Shown here piece after piece: positions 7,240 to 13,400 of a DNA stretch of 13,400 nucleotides. The notes beneath the pieces were generated by a model. It had not been told where the DNA came from. It saw only the letters and a program-made list of their open reading frames with translations, and searched no databases. Within the stretch, counting starts at the first letter, position 1; the number at the start of each line of letters is the position of its first letter. Both the position numbers and the translations under genes were made by a program. Source of the DNA: Ignavibacteria bacterium. Its GTDB lineage: Bacteria > Elusimicrobiota > Endomicrobiia > PHAN01. The stretch spans positions 1-13,400 of the forward strand of contig JBGFRZ010000031.1 of assembly GCA_041694835.1 (NCBI GenBank), read 5' to 3'.

Positions 7240-8181
7240 ATGTCCAAAACGATAGTAGTTGCAATCGGTGGCAATTCTCTCATTAAAGACGAAAAACACA
7301 TGAGCGTGAAAGACCAGTATGATTGCATACGCGAAACGGCGCGTCATCTGGCGGCTTTGATTGAAGCGGGCAACAAAGTTGTCATAACCCACGGCAACGG
7401 GCCGCAGGTCGGATTTATTTTGCTTCGCTCCGAACATTCCCGGGGAATACTTCACGAAGTCCCCCTTGATTCGATAGTCGCAGATACCCAAGGTGCCATC
7501 GGTTATCAACTGCAACAAGCGATTCAAAATGAACTATGGAAAAAGAAAATCAAAAAAAATGTAGTTACGGTTATCACTCAAACGCTTGTCGACAAAAATG
7601 ACCCGGCTTTTAAAAATCCGACAAAGCCAATCGGACAGTTTTATACCCATCCGGAAGCAAAAGATAGAATGAATAAAGAAAAATGGACGATGGTAGAAGA
7701 CGCCGGGCGCGGATGGAGAAGGGTTGTTCCTTCGCCTGAACCCGTAAGAGTAATAGAGAGCAAGGAAATAAAAAATCTTGTCAATGAAGATGTCGTCGTA
7801 ATCGCCGCGGGAGGCGGCGGAATTCCGGTCGTGTCGGATGAAAGCGGAAATCTTTCCGGCGTCGCGGCGGTTATCGACAAGGACCTGGCCAGCGCAGCGC
7901 TTTCAAAAGAAATAGAAGCGGATTTACTTGTGATTTCAACCGCCGTTCCAAAGGTGTATATAAATTTCGGCAAACCCGACCAGAAAGCAATCGATAAAAT
8001 GACTGTCGCGGAAGCGAAAAAATATATTGAAGAAGGACATTTTAAACCCGGCTCTATGCTCCCAAAAATTCAGGCGTGCATTCAATTTATAATTTCCGGC
8101 GGCAAGGAATCTCTCATAACGATGCCTGAGACTCTATCTGAGTCGCTTGCCGGGGAAAACGGTACATTGATTGTATCTTAA
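7240..8181 (+). CDS. arcC: Carbamate kinase (ArcC/YqeA)
   Basis: 313 aa with VAIGGNSL, THGNGPQVG, TKPIG, EDAGRGWRRVVPSP, AVIDKD and GSMLPK. Confidence 0.95.
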   Translation: MSKTIVVAIGGNSLIKDEKHMSVKDQYDCIRETARHLAALIEAGNKVVITHGNGPQVGFILLRSEHSRGILHEVPLDSIVADTQGAIGYQLQQAIQNELWKKKIKKNVVTVITQTLVDKNDPAFKNPTKPIGQFYTHPEAKDRMNKEKWTMVEDAGRGWRRVVPSPEPVRVIESKEIKNLVNEDVVVIAAGGGGIPVVSDESGNLSGVAAVIDKDLASAALSKEIEADLLVISTAVPKVYINFGKPDQKAIDKMTVAEAKKYIEEGHFKPGSMLPKIQACIQFIISGGKESLITMPETLSESLAGENGTLIVS

Positions 8182-8211
8182 GGACATTAAACAATCTCAA
8201 CACATATCATT

Positions 8212-8412
8212 GTCAATAGTCCACGGTCCATAGACCATAGTGCTCTGTGACAGAAATAGTCGCCCATTTATGGGCGGTTTTGAATATAATGCTCAGCCAT
8301 CAACTATCCCGCAAAGTGCGGGGGGTGGGGCGGTAATCGGCAACTACATATGCTCAATTATCCGTGTCACAGAGCAAGAGTATGTGGATTCTGTCGACCA
8401 TCGACTATCGAC
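8212..8412. mobile_element. MITE-like element (8241-8376) nested between inverted heptamer arrays
   Basis: Perfect 12-bp inverted repeat TGCTCTGTGACA (8241-8252) / TGTCACAGAGCA (8365-8376) with internal hairpins. Flanked by GTCCATA-type x4 (8212-8239) and CTATCGA-type x3 (8391-8411). Mobility is inferred. Confidence 0.6.
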
Positions 8413-8449
8413 GGTGCTGTGGGTTAATGACTTTTTCATTGCGCTTATT

Positions 8450-9793
8450 ATGAAAAAAAAATACACATTTGCCGCTATACTTTTTCTGCTATTTTTTCTG
8501 CTCTTTCCTTTAAGTATCCCACACTTGACGGATATAGTCAGCGGCTCAGTTGTAACCGATTATTCTATAAAATACGGAATGTTGAGACACATATTTGAAC
8601 CGGTTTTTGGGCTGTCCGATTATTTTTCTTCATTTGCTGATTACCGCGGACAGCTTCTTTCATGGATTCTTTGGCTTTGGTTTTTTGTAATTTTGTTTAA
8701 TGTTGGAAAACTTTCCCGTCTGGAGATTAAAAAATTCATAATCGTTAACCTTAAATTTTTAACATTTTTTTTGCTTTGGGTGTTCTTTGTAGTTATATTC
8801 CCAAATCCTGCCCATAAAATCACATCTAAGACAGATTTTTTAGCGGTCGATTTTCATTCTCACACATATTACTCTCATGACGCTATAGCCTCTCCGAGGA
8901 TGAGTCTGAAATACCATAAAAGACATGGCTTTGGCGCTTTTTTCATAACGGAACACCAGAATACCGATTCTTATGAAAAATTGCTGAAAGTTGCGGCTCG
9001 GCACATGGACCACAAAGTATTTCCGGGTATCCAACAACAAACAAAAGACGGAATTTCCGTTTTGATACTCGGGGAAGAGAAGTTTTCGGCCGAAGAATTT
9101 CATGATAAAACGATAAAGGAAATCGTGGCATTGGCTCATAGGCGAAAGATGTCAGTGATAATTCCTCACTGGTGGAAGTGGGGAAGGCCATCTTGGTCGG
9201 ATTTGAAAAACTGGGGTATCGACGGATTCGAGATATACAATACAGGTTATAGAAATTTTAGCGACGAAGAAAGAAAAAAACTCACGGAATTTTGCAAAAA
9301 AAACAACCTGATTATGACCGCCTCGCCGGATTGGCACGGTTGGACGAGTAGCGGAGACGTCTGGAATGTTTATGAAAAATCGGGATTGGAAAATATGACT
9401 GCGGAAGATTTGCTCTTTGATGAAAGAGGTAAAATAAAACAACCGACGAGAGTTATCGTATTGAGAAAGTTCGGCGAACACTCCAAATTAAGGACTATCT
9501 TTGAGCCGTTCGTGGGACTTTATTATTATTTCAGAGATATGAACCCGCTAAAATTTCTCTCATGGTCATTTTGGATTTTAGTAATTGGTCTTGGGTATGA
9601 CAAGCTGAAAAAATATGGCAGATATTTTTGGTATGTTATTTTTGCCGCGGTAATTTATTATGCATTGAAGTATGCTTATTTTTACATAATACTTTACCCC
9701 GACAACCGCCCCACAGGACAACTCTCGCTGTTTCTTATTTTCATAGCGGCGATGCTTTTTCTTGTTGTAATCCCAAAAAAAGGAAAATTGTAG
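8450..9793 (+). CDS. Integral-membrane protein with central PHP (polymerase/histidinol phosphatase) domain
   Basis: Likely start MKKKYTF at ATG 8450. About three N-terminal and three C-terminal hydrophobic helices. PHP motifs DFHSHTYYSHD, ITEH, IIPHW, DGFEIYN and SPDWHG. Confidence 0.85.
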   Translation: MKKKYTFAAILFLLFFLLFPLSIPHLTDIVSGSVVTDYSIKYGMLRHIFEPVFGLSDYFSSFADYRGQLLSWILWLWFFVILFNVGKLSRLEIKKFIIVNLKFLTFFLLWVFFVVIFPNPAHKITSKTDFLAVDFHSHTYYSHDAIASPRMSLKYHKRHGFGAFFITEHQNTDSYEKLLKVAARHMDHKVFPGIQQQTKDGISVLILGEEKFSAEEFHDKTIKEIVALAHRRKMSVIIPHWWKWGRPSWSDLKNWGIDGFEIYNTGYRNFSDEERKKLTEFCKKNNLIMTASPDWHGWTSSGDVWNVYEKSGLENMTAEDLLFDERGKIKQPTRVIVLRKFGEHSKLRTIFEPFVGLYYYFRDMNPLKFLSWSFWILVIGLGYDKLKKYGRYFWYVIFAAVIYYALKYAYFYIILYPDNRPTGQLSLFLIFIAAMLFLVVIPKKGKL

Positions 9794-9909
9794 CGGCTGT
9801 CTTAATTTTCGTATCTTTTGGCCGCCGCGATTGATAATATCGTTTTCTTTCATAAACATCTCCGATTCACTGTCATTAAATACCACACACTAAAAGATGT
9901 ATAGAACAC

Positions 9910-9944
9910 TTGACAATCCACACTTAAAAGTTGTATTGTATAAT
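9910..9944 (+). promoter_or_regulatory. Candidate sigma70 promoter with duplicated operator-like motif
   Basis: TTGACA 9910-9915, then TATTGT after 18 bp and TATAAT (9939-9944) after 23 bp. The motif CACAC(T)TAAAAGWTGTAT occurs at ~9886 and ~9919. Confidence 0.4.
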
Positions 9945-10100
9945 GAAGCCGCTGAAAGACTTTATTGTGATCGAAACGGTTGTAGTTGCACCGCTCTCCA
10001 CCAAAGACACTCGGGGACAAGCTTTGCGGTGTTTTAGTTCATCCCGCATTGACAGATTGGAGTGTGGGAATGCTGTTTTGCAATAGTAACAAAATAACCG

Positions 10101-10131
10101 CGAACAAGTGTTCGCAGCGAACAAATGTTCG
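10101..10131. promoter_or_regulatory. Two tandem CGAAC-N4-GTTCG palindromes (Gram-positive-type LexA box consensus)
   Basis: cgaacaagtgttcg 10101-10114 and cgaacaaatgttcg 10118-10131. Regulatory role unproven. Confidence 0.5.
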
Positions 10132-10149
10132 GAAATAATTAAAAACGGG

Positions 10150-10197
10150 TTGATTTTGATTCGGAAAAAAAATAACCGAACATATGTTCGGTTATTT
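10150..10197. repeat. Direct repeat copy A, containing perfect 28-bp palindrome AAATAACCGAACATATGTTCGGTTATTT
   Basis: Palindrome at 10170-10197. The block aligns with 10962-11006. Confidence 0.9.
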
Positions 10198-10271
10198 AAA
10201 TAACTCACTACTGCCCACATCGGACATGAGTGAGGATAATCGGCGTTTGAAAACGCCAAGGAGGTGATTTT

Positions 10272-10559
10272 ATGTCAAAAATAGTTTTGCTGGTTTGTCT
10301 TTTTAGTTTGTTTTTGACCGGATGTGCTACGCACAGGCATATAGTTGGTGATGGTTCTCAAACCGGCGTCACGAAAAGTGAAAGACAATGGTATGCTCTT
10401 TATGGGTTAGTGCCACTTGGAGAAGTTGATACAAAAGATATGTCCGGCGGCGCGGAGGATTATGAAATTAAAACCGAGGAATCCGTTGAGGATTTTCTTT
10501 TAAACCTGGTGACCGGTATGATGACCATTGTGTCAAGAACTGTAACTGTCGCAAAATAG
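10272..10559 (+). CDS. Bor/Iss-like small lipoprotein
   Basis: 95 aa with AAGGAGG RBS and lipobox LTGC. Pattern QWYALYGLVP...IKTEES..D.LL.L.T......RTVTV resembles Bor-family proteins. Confidence 0.75.
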   Translation: MSKIVLLVCLFSLFLTGCATHRHIVGDGSQTGVTKSERQWYALYGLVPLGEVDTKDMSGGAEDYEIKTEESVEDFLLNLVTGMMTIVSRTVTVAK

Positions 10560-10599
10560 TATTCTCTCTTTGCGGGCAGTTCTAATCTGTAACATACAC

Positions 10600-10638
10600 C
10601 TGTGGGCGGGGTTTAATCCCCGCCTACAGTTTCTCTTT
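10600..10638 (+). terminator. GC-rich hairpin with T-rich tail; REP-like
   Basis: ctgtgggcgggg-tttaat-ccccgcctacag followed by tttctcttt, 40 bp after the lipoprotein stop. Confidence 0.65.
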
Positions 10639-10841
10639 ACCCATCCATAATGAAATGATTTGCTCCTCGTTTTCATAGGGCACACAATCAATCCCTCTTG
10701 ATAGAACATATCTTTTGTAAAACCCCCTGACAAAAAATTAGAAATATGTTAGATGTTAGAATAATAATGAATATAAAAGAATACAATGGTGAATGTATTT
10801 TAGCGAAGCGTCAGTGAACCCTATTTTAGCAGTGCTTTCAT

Positions 10842-10893
10842 AAATCTCTCTGCTTCGCTTCCCCCTTTGTAAAAGGGGGATTGAGGGGGATTT
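10842..10893. repeat. Nested palindrome (REP-like)
   Basis: Core hairpin tcccccttt-gta-aaaggggga (10860-10880) inside imperfect arms aaatctctct / agggggattt. Confidence 0.7.
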
Positions 10894-10961
10894 ACTCCTG
10901 CTTGTGGTCACAATGACAAAATAGATGCCAACCAATTATGCAAAATTCAATAGTTATGCAC

Positions 10962-11009
10962 TTGTCTTGACTCAGAAAAAATAACCGGACATATGTTCGG
11001 TTATTTTTT
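10962..11009. repeat. Direct repeat copy B; palindrome that may double as the rlmB terminator
   Basis: aaaaaataaccggacatatgttcggttatttttt (10976-11009) abuts the rlmB stop codon and differs from copy A by one base in the core. Confidence 0.85.
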
Positions 11010-11740
11010 TAGATGTTGATTTTTTGGCGGAAAATTTCGTAGCAAATTATGGATGCCGACATAGCGGCGTTTAGCGATGAGATTTTTTCTGTTATTGGTA
11101 TTGAGATGAGAAAATCACATTTTTCCTTTGTTAGATGTCTCAGCCCCTTCCCCTCGCTTCCTATAACGACGGCGACCCTTCCCTTAAGTTCAATCTTGCT
11201 TATCAACTTCCCCGACATATCGGCTCCGTAAATCCAGAAACCATTTTCTTTTAGTTTCTCAATCACCTGTGAAATGTTGACGACTTTAACTATGTTGGCG
11301 TATTCTACAGCGCCCGCCGAAGCTTTGACGGTGCCTGAAGAAATTCCCGCAGATGTTTTTTCCTGAACTATTATTCCGTCCACTCCAAAGCAAACCGCCG
11401 AACGGATTATTGAGCCGAGATTCTGAGGGTCTTCGATTTCGTCGAGTATGCAAATCGTGGCGCTTTCTTTGTTTTTGAGCGAGGATATTAAATCGTCAAG
11501 AGACAAATATTCTTTGGGCGATATATATGCGACAATCCCCTGGTTGTTTTTGGAATAACCGATTAGGTTTTTTCCTTCAACAAATTCAATGATTATTCCT
11601 TTGTCTTTCGCCAGTGCGATAATTTGAGCGACTATTTTACCTTCGGAGTTTTTTGCAACGAGGATTTTTTTTATTTTTCTTTTCCCGGCTTTTAGCGCTT
11701 CATAGACAGGGTGTCTACCATATATTATCTGATATTCCAT
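11009..11740 (-). CDS. rlmB: 23S rRNA (guanosine-2251-2'-O)-methyltransferase, SpoU/TrmH family
   Basis: IYGRHPVYEAL, LDEIEDPQNLGSIIRSA, VIGSEGKGL and SSLNAA. Typical position downstream of cysS. Confidence 0.93.
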   Translation of the reverse strand: MEYQIIYGRHPVYEALKAGKRKIKKILVAKNSEGKIVAQIIALAKDKGIIIEFVEGKNLIGYSKNNQGIVAYISPKEYLSLDDLISSLKNKESATICILDEIEDPQNLGSIIRSAVCFGVDGIIVQEKTSAGISSGTVKASAGAVEYANIVKVVNISQVIEKLKENGFWIYGADMSGKLISKIELKGRVAVVIGSEGKGLRHLTKEKCDFLISIPITEKISSLNAAMSASIICYEIFRQKINI

Positions 11741-11762
11741 ATTTTTAACTTGTCACACGATA

Positions 11763-11784
11763 AATTCGAACAAATGTTCGAATT
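11763..11784. repeat. 22-bp near-perfect palindrome with CGAAC-N4-GTTCG core
   Basis: aattcgaacaaatgttcgaatt in the cysS-rlmB spacer. Confidence 0.8.
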
Positions 11785-11798
11785 CTCCGACGATGTAA

Positions 11799-13205
11799 TT
11801 ATATTTTTTTTATCCTCGGGCCGAATTTTGTGTCTTCTATTTCAAAACCCAGAGTTTTTATCTTTTCTCTTATTTCGTCGGAGCGTCTCCAGTCTTTTGA
11901 CTTTCTAGCGATTTGTCGCTCATCGGCAAGTTTAATTACATCGGGAGGTATTGTCTCAGAGGTTGAAAGGTCTATTCCGAGTATGTTGAATAATTCCGTG
12001 AGTGTTTCAATGACAAACAGCAGTGTTTTTTTATTTAGTCCTTGCGGCTTATCTCTGTTCAAAATAAGAAGATGATTACTCGCTGAATGTATTGCCGCCA
12101 ACGCTTCCGCCGTATTGAAATCGTCGGACATCGCTTTGTTAAATTTATCTTTTATGCTTTTTATCAATTCTTCCGTGCCGCCGACTATTGTATTGCTAAC
12201 TTCGGAAACTTGCTGAACCAATATGTGCGCATCAAAAATTGCGTTTTTAATTCTTTCAATAGCATGTTTCGACTGCTCAAGTTTGTGGTCCGAAAAATCT
12301 ATCGGAGAGCGATAGTGTTGGCTTATGAGAAAATATCGGACAACCATTGGTTCATATTTTTTAAATATGTCTTCAAGTGCAAAAAAATTGCCGAGTGATT
12401 TTGACATTTTTTCATTGTTGATTGTTACAAATCCGTTATGAAGCCAATACTTCACGAATTCCCGCCCTAACGCCGCTTCCGACTGGGCAATCTCATTTTC
12501 GTGGTGGGGGAAAATAAGGTCTTGCCCGCCGCCGTGGATATCAAAAGTGTCAAATCCAAATTCGTCAAGAGACATAACCGAACACTCTATATGCCATCCC
12601 GGACGTCCTTTACCCCACGGACTATCCCATGAGGGCTCGCCTTCTTTTGATTTTTTCCAAAGAGCGAAATCCAGCGGGTCTTTTTTCTGTTCGCCGACTT
12701 CTACTCTTGCACCCGCTTTCAACTCTTCGATGTTTCGTTTGGAGAGTTTCCCGTAATCGGCGGATTTTCTGACTGAAAAATACACATCGCCGTCGATTTC
12801 ATAAGCATATCCGTTTGCGATTATTTTTTTTATCAACCCGACAATCTGCGGTATTTTTTGGGTCACTCTCGGATATGAGTTGGCATCCAAAACATTTAAT
12901 TTTCTCATCTGAACAAAATAATCGTCAATATATCTATTGGCTAACTCTAAACTCTCAACTCTCAACTCTAAACTCTTATTTATGATTTTATCGTCGATGT
13001 CTGTAAAATTTTGAATGTATTTGACTTTATATCCGCAATGAATTAAATATCTTCTTATGACATCGAAAACCACGTAACAACGCGCATGGCCAAGATGAAC
13101 TCTGTCATACGGGGTTATCCCGCAGACATACATATTGACTTTATTTTCTTTGACGGGCTTAAAAATTTCCTTGGCGCAGCTTAAGGTATTGTATAGTTTG
13201 AGCAT
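11799..13205 (-). CDS. cysS: Cysteine--tRNA ligase
   Basis: MYVCGITPYD, HLGH (HIGH), GRPGWHIECS, DIHGGGQDLIFPHHENE, KMSKS and DDFNT. Confidence 0.98.
   Translation of the reverse strand: MLKLYNTLSCAKEIFKPVKENKVNMYVCGITPYDRVHLGHARCYVVFDVIRRYLIHCGYKVKYIQNFTDIDDKIINKSLELRVESLELANRYIDDYFVQMRKLNVLDANSYPRVTQKIPQIVGLIKKIIANGYAYEIDGDVYFSVRKSADYGKLSKRNIEELKAGARVEVGEQKKDPLDFALWKKSKEGEPSWDSPWGKGRPGWHIECSVMSLDEFGFDTFDIHGGGQDLIFPHHENEIAQSEAALGREFVKYWLHNGFVTINNEKMSKSLGNFFALEDIFKKYEPMVVRYFLISQHYRSPIDFSDHKLEQSKHAIERIKNAIFDAHILVQQVSEVSNTIVGGTEELIKSIKDKFNKAMSDDFNTAEALAAIHSASNHLLILNRDKPQGLNKKTLLFVIETLTELFNILGIDLSTSETIPPDVIKLADERQIARKSKDWRRSDEIREKIKTLGFEIEDTKFGPRIKKI
12943..12977. repeat. Intragenic heptamer tandem repeat (AACTCTH)x5
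   Basis: aactcta aactctc aactctc aactcta aactctt, encoding KSLELRVESLEL in CysS on the - strand. Confidence 0.9.
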
Positions 13206-13269
13206 TTTAATTTTTTTTAGTTTGTATAAATTTCAGACGCTCGATTTCCATACTTATTCGTTTATTGTC

Positions 13270-13400
13270 TAGTGTCCTGTCCCGCAAATACCTTTACATT
13301 TGCTGTTCGTATTTTGTTTCAGCGTCAAGGCGCGAGGAGCGAAGCATACCCTCTGCGGTATGTAAGCGACGAGCAACGCCGACGATGAACAAAAGACATC
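13270..13400. mobile_element. Possible MITE-like/structured dispersed element, probably truncated by the window end
   Basis: Begins TAGTGTCCTGT (cf. TAGTGCTCTGT at 8238). Long imperfect hairpin ttttgtttcagcgtc (13312-13326) / gacgatgaacaaaa (13381-13394) with inner stem gcatacc/ggtatgt. Confidence 0.45.

Noticed and set aside
8240-8449. 70-aa N-terminal extension of the PHP protein
   Set aside because: It runs through the MITE and heptamer repeats. MKKKY followed by a hydrophobic helix at 8450 is a more natural start.
10170-10197. Integron attC site
   Set aside because: Too short and perfectly palindromic, without extrahelical bases. The ends do not fit RYYYAAC/GTTRRRY, and there is no integrase.
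9924-10259. 111-aa minus-strand ORF
   Set aside because: It crosses palindromes and a promoter-like region and has no recognisable domain.
1090-12756. Remaining antisense or out-of-frame ORFs nested in pfp, the PLP gene, ygeY, ygeW, arcC, the PHP gene, rlmB and cysS
   Set aside because: They are shadow ORFs of well-supported genes, with no motifs of their own.
13206-13400. T-box riboswitch or Cys leader peptide for cysS
   Set aside because: No T-box consensus (GGTGGNACCGCG) on the minus strand. The 14-codon upstream ORF MEIERLKFIQTKKN has no Cys codons.

Overview
Bacterial chromosomal window. On the + strand: an orphan lipoprotein, a long-type PPi-dependent phosphofructokinase (pfp), then a compact ureide/purine-catabolism-like block (482-aa fold-type-II PLP enzyme, stand-alone GAF protein, ygeY, ygeW, carbamate kinase), a membrane-anchored PHP-domain protein and a Bor/Iss-like lipoprotein. 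On the - strand: the cysS-rlmB pair. The most unusual signal is not genic. Most spacers from 3786 onward are filled with short-period repeats or nested palindromes. These include 7-bp-phased arrays whose unit changes while the register is kept, 6/8-bp arrays, 17-bp-spaced palindromes, REP-like hairpins and MITE-like elements. The same AACTCTC heptamer also sits inside two unrelated coding regions (the PLP enzyme and cysS) without breaking frame. A CGAAC-N4-GTTCG palindrome occurs five times. Two copies lie in ~45-bp direct repeats bracketing the Bor-like gene and have an 11-6-11, dif-like layout. No enzyme that could generate these repeats is encoded in the window. All family calls come from motif recognition, not database searches.
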